From the human T2T-CHM13v2.0 reference genome, Homo sapiens, in NCBI RefSeq assembly GCF_009914755.1, contig NC_060930.1: a DNA stretch of 64,000 nt; one strand, written 5' to 3'. The position numbers and the translations under genes are program-made. Shown here in pieces: positions 30,918-44,684 of the stretch. Each line of letters opens with the position of its first letter. Within the stretch, counting starts at the first letter, position 1. The notes under the pieces are model-generated. The model saw only the letters and a list, made by a program, of their open reading frames with translations. It was not told the DNA's origin and ran no database searches.

Positions 30918-31052
30918 TGCAGGGTGGTCCATGGACTGGCAGCAGCATCAAGCTTGCTGGAGTTGGTTAGAAATGCAGACTCTGAGGCACCGCCCCAATC
31001 CAGTTGAATTGGAATCTGCATCTTAACAAGATCTTTGGTGATTTGTAGGGAC
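30918..31052. mobile_element. MER5A-like hAT-Charlie element
   Basis: gttagaaatgcagactctgagg...gaatctgcatcttaacaagatc. Confidence 0.75.
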
Positions 31053-31059
31053 ATGGTTT

Positions 31060-32700
31060 TGTATACATGTTTTCTATAGTGAACATAGAAAGTACTGCCA
31101 ATGTGTGTTTAGAATGTACACAAACGATATGATGTAACTTTTTCCATCAACAAGATGCCCTAGATACCTCTAAAGATCACTCTGTGTGGTGTGTGTAGAC
31201 CTGTCTCATTCTTTCTTAGTTGCTTCCTAACTTTACTTCTGCAGTGTTAAATGATTAGTCACTTCCCCATTGAAGGACATTAAGGTTGTCTGCAGCTTTT
31301 GTTTTTTTGGGATGTCCGGTGTAGCGGTGAACTCACTCTAGGGCACGTCTTGTGTACATGTGCCCAGAAAGTAGCTGGATAGAAGAGTGTGAACATTTTT
31401 AACTTAAACATCCTGCTAAATTGCCCTCCAAACTGGTTGTATCAATCTGACTCTTACTTTGTTTCAGTGATCAATTTACATAGTCTTTATTCTTTATAAC
31501 ATTGTTTTAATGGCCATAGCATTATAATGTTTTCATATCAAGTTGCCTATCCCTCCCCTTTGCTGTAATTCTTCAAAATTATATTGGCTTTTAAAGAAAT
31601 TCCACAGTCTTCTATAGGAAATTTAAAATCAGCCTGTCAAGTTCTGTGAAAAATTCTAGTAGGGATTTTTTTTTTTCATGGCTGAAGATTGTATTGAATT
31701 TCTAGATTAATTTGGGTTGGAGACTAGGTATGTGAAGTGTTGAGCCTTCTGATACTCATCTCTGAACATGGTATTTCTCCCAATTTACTTGTCTTCTTCT
31801 GTCCTTGAGTAAAGTTTTATAGCTGAATGTATAGGTATATGTGCATTTGTATGTGTGTGTTGTGTATTGTAGTTTTGTCTGTTTTCTTTTAGATTTATTC
31901 TTAGGTTGTTTTTCTAGCTATTACGAATAGGATTTTCAAAAAGACTGATTTCTAATTGATTGCCGTTGTATAGGAAAATCACTAAGTTTTCATATGTTTA
32001 CCTTGTTCCTTTGCTGGACACTGTTTTAATGGTCAGTTAGAGCTCTAGGATTTTGGAGTCGGCAGTCTTCTACCTTCGAATTAATTATAGTTCGTACTTG
32101 CTTTTCCTTGTGTTTATGCATCCATTTCATTTTCTCATCTGGTGTAGGCTGGGAACTTCCAGGACCATTTTGAGTAGTAACATGGTAGAGAACACTGCCG
32201 TCGTCATCTTCGCCTACTGGAGTGCTTCTAGTGTTTCACCATTGAAGTATGAGCATTCCCAAAAATGTCTAGTTGTAGATATTCTATCCAGATTTGCTGG
32301 CGAAGAGGTCTTTGTTACTTTTTAAAATCATGAGTGGGTTTTAATTTGATGGTGTGCTTTTGCAGCATCCGCTGATATTCTTAGGTTTTCTCCTGTATCT
32401 AATGATGGTAGTGACAGATTTTCTAGGACTGAATTACCCTGTTATTTCAGGGACTTACTCTACTGGGTTATCATTTATTCTTCTGCCACTGATGGATTCA
32501 TTTTGCTAAATTATGTGTTTAGGATGTGTAAATATCTGCTGTGAGATTGACGGATCCATTTGTGCATGTGTGTGTATATGTGCACATGCTGTTCTGGTTT
32601 TATTTTATCCGATTGTTATTAGAATCTAATTAGTTGTTTCTTGATGTTTTGGTGGAATTTGCCTCAAGTTTCTATCTCAGACTTGTAAACAGAATTGTTG
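31060..32700 (-). mobile_element. Old L1M fragment
   Basis: Degenerate antisense L1 text (ctgctaaattgccctccaaa; attgtattgaatttctagattaatttggg). Confidence 0.6.
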
Positions 32701-32709
32701 GTGCAATTT

Positions 32710-33022
32710 GTTTTTTCGTTTTTCTGTTTTTTTTCAAGACAGGATCTTGCTCTGTAGCCCAGGCTGGAAGTGCTGTGGTGCGATTATGGCTCACTGCAGC
32801 CACAGCCTCCCAGGCTCCAACGATCCTTCCACCTCAGCCTCCCGGCTGGAACTACAGAAGTGTGCCACTATGCCTGGCTAATTTTTTTTTTTTTTTTTTT
32901 GTAGAAACAGGATTTTACCACATTGCCTAGGTTGGTCTTGAACTCCAGCTTGAACTCAAGTGATCCACCCACCTTGGCCTCTCAAAGCATTGGGATTACA
33001 GGATAAGCCACTGCACCTGGCC
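32710..33022 (-). mobile_element. Alu (AluJ-like)
   Basis: Diverged dimer. Confidence 0.9.
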
Positions 33023-33143
33023 AAGTATTTTTTATTTCTAATAACAATGAACTTTTGGTGCATCTGGATAGGTAGCATTCCCATTATTTTCATTTCCACA
33101 TTGAGTTAAAATTATTTTTGGCAAACTTTTGGGAACAAAACAT

Positions 33144-33209
33144 TTTCTTAAAATGTTGAAGTAAGTTTTCTTAAACTTTCTTAAAATGTTGAAGTAAGTT
33201 TTCTTAAAC
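33144..33209. repeat. Perfect 33-bp tandem duplication
   Basis: tttcttaaaatgttgaagtaagttttcttaaac x2. Confidence 0.9.
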
Positions 33210-33464
33210 TTTGTGTAAGCAGCTATTTTTATGTTAGTTAATTATTTTAGAGTTGAAATCATGAGAGGGGAAAAACAACCTTTAAGTAATTGACTTGAAC
33301 CTATTAGAAAGTGAAACTGAACAGGTATTTTACTGTTCATGGAGCATATGCAGAGTCAACCTAAGAGGTCAAAGGAATTTAACTTATAACAAGAGGAAGT
33401 TCTGCTTCAGTTCACTGTGAGGACTTAATATTAGAAAAGTAGAGTTTACAGACAAATTTAGTAT

Positions 33465-33767
33465 TTTGTTATTGTTGTTGTTTTGGAGACAGGGTCTTGT
33501 TCTGTTGCCCAGGCTGGAGTCCAGTGGTGCAGTCCTGGCTCATACTGCAGCCTCCACCTCCAAGGTTCAAGCAATTCTCGTGCCCCAGCCTCCCTGGTAG
33601 CTAGGATTACAGCCGGCTACCATGCCTGGCTAATTTTTGTATTTTTAGTAGAGATGGGGTTTTACCATGTTGGCCAGGCTGCTCTCGAACTCCTTGCCTC
33701 AAATGATCTGCCCGCCTCAGCCTCCCAAAGTGCTGGAATTACAGGTGGGAGCCACCCCACCCAGCCC
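33465..33767 (-). mobile_element. Alu
   Basis: Dimer with ttg-interrupted tail. Confidence 0.92.
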
Positions 33768-35424
33768 AAATTTAGGATTGAGAATAGATCCTACAGATGT
33801 GCCATGTGGGATTCATGTCAGCTTGTTGTAGGGTTTTGATGGAATCCATTCAAAGAAGAGGGAGAGGATGAAGAGAGCCAGCCAGATTAAGGGGCAGTGT
33901 TGTAGGGTCTGCCAGTCCCTTGGTAACAGATCTCTTATTCAGAAATATTCTCATTTTTCCTGGTTTGTGACCCTTAGTTTGCCTTCTCTTCAATCCCAAA
34001 GTCCGATTTTTAAAGCTGCCAGTAGGAACTTGAGCTTTAATAGTACATGCTTATGCTTTTATACTAGTAATAACAAATACTTACAGATGGAAATAGGATA
34101 TGTCTGTGTTCTCACCCTCCCTCAACCCTAACCTTCCAGAATATGCCTGAATATGTATGTATGTGTATATATGCATATGTTTATGTATATATCGTGTATC
34201 ACATAAATAGATTTTTAAACATGCACCAGAGGTTTATATAAATATAGCTATAAGCCTTTTAATTTTGGAACTTAAGAATATTTTGTATGTCACTATGTAG
34301 TCAGTTACCACATATCAACCTTCTCTACTTAAGAGCCTCATAGTTTTATTCCTTAGTGTAGAATACTGTCATTTAGCCATTTCTCTGTTGATTTTTAGGT
34401 TGTTTACAGTTTTTTCCAATAGACTTACTATGTCAGAAGGAACACACATTTAAAAAATCTGTATAACCAGATTGCCTTCCAGTGTATTTGTTCATACTCA
34501 CAGATTGAGTGCCTGCCTTCCTGCATGTGTATCAATACTGGTTATTATCAGTCTTTAATTTTTGCTAATCTAATGGACAGAAATTGGCATGTGATTGTTG
34601 TAATAGTGAGATTTCACTTTTTTTTTTTTTTTTTTTTACCTTTTTTTTTTCCCTTGTCCAAGGTGTGCCTATTTAATGTTCTTCGATCAGGCAGTTGGCA
34701 CTTTCCATATTATATTCAGTGGTCCCGTGTCAGCATTTTCTCCTAATTTACTGCCTGTTTTGGCTTTTAAAAATATATGTATTTTTTGCTCTACAGAATG
34801 TGTTTATCATCAACTCTTTCTTTATGACAGCTGGCTTGTGTGTCTTGGTTAAAAAGTCCTTTTCTTTATCAACATTATAAACACCCTCCTATATTTTCTT
34901 TGAGTATTTTTATAGGTTTTTTTTTTTTTTTGACGTTATCCTATTGGAGGATATTATTGTTTATGTTTGGGAACATAGAGATTGAGCTTTAAAATTTTTC
35001 CACGTGAAATAACCAGTTGCCCCAATAGTTTATTGAATTTCATGTTTTAAAAATGCTACCCGTTGGCATACACTAAATTTCTGTATATTTCTGAAGTTTC
35101 TGTTCAGCTTCATATTCAGTAGCAGTGGCAGAGCTGTCGTTACCCCAGCTGTAGAGGACGCACTGAGCATCAAGCACGCAAATCTCTCGCGTCCCTGTTT
35201 TTTTTTTTTGTCAAAATTCTCTTGATTATTTTTGTGTATGTAGGTTGACTTTAAGAGTTTTATTTTGGATTTTGTAAGTAGTAAAGGGGTTGCATTTTAC
35301 AAAGCCAAAAATACAAATAGCCCCAAGAAACTACTACTACGAAGATTTATTTTTATTTCCCATCTGCTGGGTATTGTTTTAAGTACTTTGCAGATATTGT
35401 TACAGAAGAAGCAGTTATACTTTG

Positions 35425-35733
35425 ATTTATTTTTCTTTCTTTCTTTTTTTTTTTTTTTTTTAATGGAGTCTCACTCTGTCACCAAGGCTAGAGTGCACAG
35501 TAGCACAGTCTTGGCTCACTGCAACCTCCACCTCCCAGGCTCAGGCAGTCCTTCCACCTCAGCCTCCTGAATTGCTGGGACTACCACCATGCCTGGCTAA
35601 TTTTTGTATTTTTAGTAGAGACGGGGTTTTGCGATGTTGCCCAGGCTTGTCTTGAACTCCTGAGCTCAAGTGATCTGTCCATCTCAGCCTCCCAAAGTGC
35701 TGGGATTACAGGCATGAGCCACTGTGCCCAGCC
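35425..35733 (-). mobile_element. Alu
   Basis: Dimer with poly-T. Confidence 0.92.
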
Positions 35734-36919
35734 TATATTTTGATTTCATAGTGAGCAAAAAATTGGTCTGATTGCATGACTGTAGTGGGGAAATGATAAT
35801 AAGCTGACACCTATGTGTTTTAGCTGAGACAGTATAAAATTGTGTCTAGTATAGATTTGAGGTGTACTGAGGTTCCACTTGCCCCTCAAGGGACACCCCC
35901 AATTCTCATATACCCACCTTGAACACAGTTAACAGTGTTTGTGTCCTGCTTTTTATAAGTCATGAGCATTTCCTGATATCATCAAAATGCTTTTAGAAAT
36001 ACAACTAATAAATATATTGTGTCTTGCCTGTTGTATTGTTGCGAAATCTAGTTATTCCTACAGGCATTGTATTTTTTTGGTGGTATCTTTCTTTTGCAGT
36101 TGTGTTGTATGTGAAAGAGTATGTCACCTGTGAGGTATGGAGCCTCCTAAAGAGACCTGGGAGCCAGCTAACTTCAGCCGGAGCCTAATACTCATGCATT
36201 GAACTGTGTGCTCTTTCCCTCAGGCCTTTAATTACAGGTACACAGTTACAAGTAATACTGTGACCTACTCTTCAATCACCCTTTCCTTTTTAAGAGAATT
36301 AAAAAAAAAAAAAACTGTGAAATTCCTGGATCAGAAGCCATGGCTTTTGTCAGAGCCAGCTACTCACTCCCACCGGCAGTACCTGAGTGACCATCTGAAC
36401 ATTCCCTTACGAGCCACCACTAGACAGTACATTCAAAACTTAGCTCATTTGATAGAAAAGTGTTATCTTTTAATTTGCATTTCTTAGCTCACTAGAAGGT
36501 AAGTGATGTGGGAATTTTTGTTAAAGTTAGTATTTTTATCATTTTAAACTTTTAAGTCTGTAATTTACATATCTGGACTTTATTCTGCCCAGTGTTGTGT
36601 CTTGAGGGCCTAAATCTCATAATCAATTAGCCACCGTTTTTGTATTATTCATGACTCATCGTGACTTCCAAAGTTTAAACTTCTGTGTGTACTAGGGTTT
36701 GTTTTGGGCTGGTTGCTGCGTCAGAATTAGATGAATTTGTCTGTAGTCTCATTGCTTGAGACAAAATATCTTCTAAAGAAACTGAAATAACATCTTTTTC
36801 ATATTAAAAACGTTTAGGCATTGGCACTTCTTGTTTTGTGGCTACAACTAAAGTTGTATTTTGTCAGCCTTTAAATGCTTAAGTAAGATAGTAGCTATTT
36901 ACATTTAATATGGAAAAGA

Positions 36920-37232
36920 GGCCAGGTACAGTGGCTCACGCCTGTAATCCCAGAACTTTGGGAGGCTGAGGCGGGCAGATTGCTTGAGCCCAGGGTTCAA
37001 GACCAGCCTTGGCAACATGGCAAAACCACTTCTCTACAAAAAATACAAAAATCAGCTGGGTATGGTGGCACATACAGGTAGTCCTAGCTACTTGGGAGGC
37101 TGAGATGGGAGGATCACTTGAGCCTGGAGGTCGAGGCTGCAGTGAGTGGAGATTGTGCCACTGCATTCTAGCCTGGGTGATAAAGTGAGCCCCTGTCTCA
37201 AAAAATAAAATAAAATATAAAATAAAATAAAA
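36920..37232 (+). mobile_element. Alu (AluJ-like)
   Basis: ggccaggtacagtggctcacgcctgtaatccc...(AAAAT)n tail. Confidence 0.93.
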
Positions 37233-38056
37233 TGGAAAACACCAAGAAAAGGAGTGTGGGCAATATAAATGGTATTGATATTGTTAAACCTTTCTAAGAA
37301 AGATTGTTTCTATGAAAGGGAGATTTTCTAAGCCTTTTGAAGGTGTTTGATACCTCCCTGTGTTAATGCGGTGTGAGGTATGTACAGTGAACAGCTGAAT
37401 TAGTCAGCAGTCTTTGCCCTTAGTTGATTGTGCGGACCTTGGGGGTGTTAGAATTTTCTTCAGTGTGAGTCTGAGATTGGAGATGTATTCATTAGATGCA
37501 TAGAGTTTATTGACTTTTGGGCCACAATTTGATTGTCTTCCATGAGCAAATGGACATTTCTCTTGTGGGTGCCTTGTTTTCCTACTCATATTATGCTTAT
37601 CCTGCTTTGTCTGGGCATTTTTATCACCAGATTAATTTTCCTTCTTCAGGAGGGAGGCACAGTTGTATTCCGTAGTAGAGATGCTAAATGGGTAAGGTGT
37701 GAAAGCTGACTCTGACCACAATTGCTTAGCATGAAAACTGTGGATGTAAAAATCATGTTAACTTGAGTGTAACTGTATCACCAGGTGACTGAGGAGAGAG
37801 GCACGAGGGCTTATTTATTCAGTTACTTTTTCTTTTTCCAGGGATTGATCCCTTCCTGCCTTTAAGACCACAGGTCTGTTGTAAAAGTTAATGCAGGTGC
37901 GGTGTCACTGCTATCCTCTCTGTAGGTCCCTGTGAATTGGGAGTGCTTCCTGATACCCCACAGAGGTGAGCACTGGGAGTCTGAGTATTGTCCATAAATC
38001 CAACTGTTTTTATACCTTGATAATGGAAATGCTACCTGGCTCTTTTTCTTTTTAGG

Positions 38057-38061
<5 letters not shown>

Positions 38062-38135
<74 letters not shown>

Positions 38136-38136
38136 T
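38062..38136. repeat. Compound microsatellite, ~(TC)28(TG)9
   Basis: Directly visible. Confidence 0.95.
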
Positions 38137-38641
38137 AGCTCTTCACCAGTTTTTCATTTTTCGTGAATAGGGATGTTATTTATGTGCATTGGATTTAATG
38201 CTTTTATTATAAATCATTAAAGTCTTACTTGTATGTTGAAATTTGGGGATACTTTATTCATACTCAACTCATAGAAGTAAAGAATTACGTGTGTCAATCA
38301 TTGGTTCTCAAGCTTCCTTTGTTAAGATGTTCCCACTCCCTCATTGGACAGGTGGCTGAGGGGTTTGCCCAGACTTAAAAATTTGTCATGTCTACCAGAT
38401 AGTGGTGGCTTCTGCCCTTTTTCTTTCTGGTCTGTTGACAACCTTCATGTATTGGGAACTTGCTGTTTTTGGGGTCCAGCTCATTGCTTTAAAGGTATCA
38501 TCATGACAACATCTTGAGGCTCAGGTATCTGCAATTTTGTAGTTAAGAACTTCAGGTCAGAGAGGTTACTAGTGATGCCATCTTCCTTGATCTCTGCTTA
38601 TTTCTTCTCTGATCTCATAATCTGATATCAGGTGTTTATGA

Positions 38642-38872
38642 CAGTGGTTTTCAGAGGGGGAGGTAGATCAAATTCACCCTCAAGGGACATTTGGCAATGT
38701 CTGGAGACATTTTGTGATGGTCATAGCCAGGTTGGGGTTGAGGGGCTGTGCTCCTGGCATCTTATGGGTAGAGGCCAGGGATTCTGCTGAACATCCTGCC
38801 ATGCATAGGATGGCCCCACACCAAGAGTTACCTGGCCCCAGATGCCAGTAGTGCTGAAGTCAAGAAACCCTG
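38642..38872 (+). mobile_element. MER20 hAT-Charlie element
   Basis: cagtggttttc...gggacatttggcaatgtctggagacatttt...gtagaggccagggat...gaaaccctg. Confidence 0.88.
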
Positions 38873-40174
38873 TGTTATGAGAATGTACCAGATACTGGTG
38901 GTGGAGTGGAAGGTCTGGTGGTGACTTCAGCAGGACAAGAGTTGTTAAGGGAGGCTGAGTAGCCAGAGAAATGAGGAGAGGGGCCATCCTAGGCCGTGGT
39001 GGGGAATGCAGGCTGATTCCTAATCCATCTCCCTCTGTGTTCTCTGTGGTGATTCATCCTATGGCCACACAGATGCACAGAGAGCTCTTAGAGCCACAGA
39101 TGCCAGCACAGAGAGCTAGATTTTCCCCAAAAGTGCATAAATGCACCCAACAGGTAGATTTTAAAGTGTGGTTTTTCAGCAGTTGTAGCATTTCCCTGTT
39201 ATTTCAGGGCTCTGAATATACCTCTGTGACTTGAAAGTGATCGTGAAAAATACCTGATTTACTCTGTGGTGAGACAACAGATGTTAAAGACAGCTTCCCT
39301 GATGTTAGGCTATAAAGCTAGGCGTTTCTCCCTCCTCACAGCAAAGTTTTACATATCAGGTTCAACTTTCTGAACCCAGCTTGTACCACGGTAAAGAGAT
39401 GGGTTCCTCTGAGGGTTGGGTTCTGCTATTTTCCTCTCTCTCTCTCTGGCAGCATCGGACCTTTGGGGTCCTGAGGTTTGGCTCTTGGACCTTCGGGAGG
39501 CATCCCAGTGAGGGAATCGAGGGACTTTGATCTTCACCACAGCCCTCTCACTAGTGGATGTTATGTTCTCCCCCACCAGATTGTATTTAAGAAGAGGCTG
39601 CATAGACAGGAAAACTTTGAGGAGCTATATGAAGGAAAACAGGACCAAATTAAACCAGTTCCCTTGTGAGTGCACTGGGAAGTGATTGGAAGTGATGCCC
39701 ACAAGATGACTGAGATACCTTAATTGCAGGTGTGGAAACAGTCCTGCAAAACGCCTGTGAAAATAGAAATATAGTGGACACTAAGGCAGAGCGGCAGCCT
39801 GCAGCGTGCAGAAACACGGGAATCATGAGACATCTTGAAATCTGTAAAACATCCGCAGGCCTTGACTCACATCTGGAATGTGACATCCACAACCAGAATT
39901 GTCTTACATCTTACTCAGTTCTTGGCACAGAATAGGTTTCAGTATTAATAGCAGTGGGAGCCATCTTTACATTTTCTAACCTGGCTTTTGATTGTATTCA
40001 TCTTATTAATGATGTCATGTAGAATCTCATTTTACCTTTATCATTATTCATTTCTTTCTTGCCTTTTCATCTTTGTGGTTCTAGTGCCTTTATGGTCCAA
40101 GTGAAAGTTGAGGTATACAAAATATAAATCTTAGGAGAACAGCTCTCTGAAGAAAAAAGCACAACAAAATGTAA

Positions 40175-40704
<530 letters not shown>

Positions 40705-40920
40705 GCGATCCTTGGGTTTCCATGTGTTCCTAATATTTGTGGCTTACCAGATTTAAAGCATGCTCCTTTCAGAGTACATAGATTAAAATATGCACCTACA
40801 TTGTCCATTTGAGGTAATTGTAGCCATATAATAATTTTCCAAATTTTAGTTGTTCTTGGTGGTTGTTGCAATAACGTATGTACCAGCCAAATGGTTACTT
40901 TTTTCTTTAAGTAAATCAGC

Positions 40921-41250
40921 TTTTTATTTATTTATTTTTTTGAGATAGGGTTTTGCTCTGTCACCTAGGCTGGAGTGCAGTGGTGTCAATGGCTCACTAC
41001 AACCTTGACCTCGTGGGCTCAAACGATCCTCCCAACTCAGCTTCCTGAGTAGCTAGGACTACAGGTGCACACCACAGTGCCTGGCAAATTTTTCTTTTCT
41101 TTATTTTTTTTTTCTTTCTGTAGAGATGGGGTTGGCGGGGGGCATCTCACTGTGTCACCCAGGCTGGTCTTGAACTCCTGGGCTCAGGTGATTCACCCAC
41201 CTCAGCCTCCCAAAGTGTTGGGATTGTAGATGTGAGCCACTGTGCCCGGC
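40921..41250 (-). mobile_element. Alu (AluJ-like)
   Basis: Dimer; TSD aaatcagctt. Confidence 0.92.
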
Positions 41251-42424
41251 AAAATCAGCTTCTTAACAGCCTTTTCTTTTAAACGTAAATATTATTTTGC
41301 CATAAATGGAGTATCATTCAGCTTAAATAGAAATATAAAAAGCATTAACAAAGCTACAAATTTAATCTGGGGGGAAAAAATCAATGGTACCATTCATCTG
41401 TTAATAGTTTTGGAATAACCAGCCTGAGAGTCAATTCACATGTGTACACTTGTAAAGTATAAAAGCTATTTTACCATTTTCTTTATTTTGGTTGAATACC
41501 AATAATTTCTAATCCTGGCAATGAGGGTGGCTTGGGTCTCCAGGAGCCACCAGCAGCCATTCTCTGGAATCTATCTGAATGTGTCAAAGTATGTGTGTAG
41601 TATCCAGACAGTGGGATAAGAGGGCCCTTTGCCACACATTGCTGCCATCTGCTATGGAAAATGAAACCCTATTTCATGTGTTTTCAGTTCTCTTCATAAT
41701 GTGCAAAATATTTTCAGTGAGTTTTCAGATTAATATTTGTCTCAGTCATGTAGACAACAACAAAACCGTCCTGTGTTTTGTTGTTCAGATGTGACCCCAC
41801 AGGTCTACTTCTGTGCTCACAAGGGAATTTCTCTCTTCTTGCATGTCCAGTACCACCTTGTAAGGATAAATTCAGGTGCTTTAAATGAACAAATAACTTA
41901 GCAGAATACACTGATTCCTGAAGCCTGCCCAATTCCTTCTGTGCTCTGACGTAGACATGGCTGTGCATTGTCGTAAGAAGTCGACACCACCTATCTCTAT
42001 AGAAAGCAGAGGGGAAAAGTGCAGGATTCAGCAGCTTTTCTTAACAAATTGTAACATTTTGAGTTGGCTTCCATATATAAACAAGGAGTAGATAAGTTTA
42101 TTTTAGCATTTTAGCAAAAACACTTAGTAATTTAGTATATTTCCGTGACATTTACCTTTAAGACTCTTTTTAATTACCTAATTGATCTTATCCATGATGG
42201 GTTCAACACAAAGAACAAATATTCAGAGAACAGTCCCAATTCCATTTCCAAATTATGTATACTTAAACATAACATACCTACTAAAATATTGCTGGCTTCT
42301 AGGGGTGACTTTTGGTCTGTCACTGGTAAGAGTGCATGGATACACATGGAAAGTCAGTGTTCAGAAATCTTGATTGGCATTCATGCATGCCTTCCATACT
42401 ATCTGTAGTCCTTTTCTCTTGTAA

Positions 42425-42825
42425 TAAAATACATGTAACCTAACATTTGCCATTATAACAATTTTAAGTATATAATTCCCTGACGTTAATCACAATGTTG
42501 TATTTGTATCTCCAAAACTTTTAAATTCCCCCAAACAGAAACTTTGTAACCGTAAAATGTATGTAACCTAACATTTGCCATTATAACCATTTTAAGTATA
42601 CAATTCCATGATGTTAATCCAATGTTGTATTTGTATCTCCAAAACTTTTAAATTCCCCCAAACAGAAACTTTGTAACCGGTAAAATATACGTAACCTAAC
42701 ATTTGCCATTATAACAATTTGAAATGTACAATTCCATGATATTAATCACAATGTTATATTTGTATTTGTATTTTATTTGTCTCTCCAAAACTCTTTAATT
42801 TCCCCAAACAGAAACTCTGTAACCA
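42425..42825. repeat. Triplicated ~128-bp unit from an L1M 3' end
   Basis: Units start at 42425, 42553 and 42681 (taaaat..gtaacctaacatttgccattataac..aaacagaaact..gtaacc). Confidence 0.9.
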
Positions 42826-43828
42826 TTATGTAAAAACTCCCCATTCGCTTCCCCCAGTCCCTGGAAATCTCTATTCTACTTTCTGCCTCAGTGAATTTGC
42901 CTATTCTAGATATTTGCTATAAGGGAGATCTTGTAGTATTTGTCCTTTTGTGTCTGGCTTCCTTCACTTAGCATAATGTTTTCAAGGTTCATCCGTGTTC
43001 CAGCATGTATCAGCACTTTATTCCTGTTTATGACTGAATAATACTCTTACATAGATACACCACATTTTATGTATCCATTCATCTTAGTGGACATATGCGT
43101 TGTTTCCATATTTTGGCTACTGTGAATGCTACCATGTACCTTGATAATTCCAGTATATAATTGAGTCCCTGTTTTCAGGTATTTGGTATATATGTCTAGG
43201 AGTGGGTCCTGTGGGTTGCATGGTGGATCATTGTTGGGTCATATGGTAATTCGATGTTTAACTTTTTGAGGAGCTGTCAAACTATTTTACACAATGACCA
43301 CACCATTTTACATTTCCACTAGCAGCGCTCGGCTCGGCAGCACTTATTTTCCATTTTTAAAATTATAGTCATCCTCATAGATTTAAAGTAGTATTTCATT
43401 GTGATTTTGATTTGCATTTTCCTAATGAGTACGATGAGCATCACTTGATATGCTTATTAGCTATTTGTATGTCTTCTTTGGAGAAATGTCTAGTCCTTTG
43501 CCCATTTTTCATTGGGTTATTTGTCATTGTTGTTGAGTTTTGTTGAGTTCTTTATATATTCTGGTTATTAAGCCCTTACCTTACCAGATATGATTTGCAA
43601 ATATTTTTATGTTGGCTTTTCACTTGCTTGATAATGTCCTTTGAAACACACAAGTTTTTAATTGGTTAAAGTTCAGTTTACCTATTTTTTTTTCTTTTGC
43701 TGTTCATCCTTTGGGTGACATATCCAACTGTTTCTTTTTCAAGATTGTTTTGACTTTCTGGGACCTTTTGCAAGTCCATATGAATTTGAGTACAAGCTTT
43801 TCCGTTTCTGCAAAAAAGGCTGTTGGAT

Positions 43829-44121
43829 TTTTTTTTTCTTTGAAACAGAGTCTCACTCTGTTGCCCAGGCTGGAGTGTGGTGGCATGATCTCGGCTCACT
43901 GCAACCTCCATCTCCTGAGTTCAAGCAATTTTTGTGCCTCAGCCTCCTGAGTAGCTGAGATTACAGGTGCCCACCACCAAGCCCAGCTAATTTTTGTATT
44001 TTTAGTAGAGACAGGGTTTTACCATGTTGGTCAGGCTGTTCTCGAACTCCTGACCTCAGGTGATCCGCCAGCCTCGGCCTCCCAAAGTGCTGGGATTTCA
44101 GGCATGAATCACCGTGCCCCA
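43829..44121 (-). mobile_element. Alu (AluS-like)
   Basis: Dimer; TSD-like gctgttgga. Confidence 0.93.
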
Positions 44122-44684
44122 CTAGCTGTTGGAATTTTGATAGGCCTTGCATGAACCTATCACTTTTGGTTAGCATGCATTGCTAGTATATAGAAACACT
44201 CTGATTTTTGTGTGTTATCCTGCAACTTTGCTGAATTTATTAGCTTTAGTAGCATTCCTGTGGATTTTTCAGGATTTTCTATATATAGGATCGTGTCCTA
44301 TATATAGAATTGTGAATGAGTAGTGATAGTTTTACTTCTTTTCAATTTGGATGCCGTTTGTTTTTTGTCTAATTACTCTGGCTATAACTTCCAGTTATAC
44401 ACTTCACAATTGAGTGTATTAGCTGTGAGTTTTTCATAAATGTCCTTATCATGTTGAGAAAGTTCTCTTCTATTCCCAGTGTGTTGAATGTTTTAATCAT
44501 GAGTTAGATTTTATCAGTGCCTTTTCTGCATTGATTGAGGTGATCCTGTGGTTTTCCTTTCTTTGATTTTTCTAATGCAATATATTACATTGATTGATTT
44601 TCTCATATTAAACCACCCTTGTATTCCTGGGATAAATCCCATTTGGTTATAATCCTTTTAGATGTTAGATTTGGTTTGCTCGAA

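Noticed and set aside
41789-41875. Possible exon after tgttttgttgttcag
   Set aside because: Weak donor (CAG/gtgctt) and no recognisable protein in either open frame.
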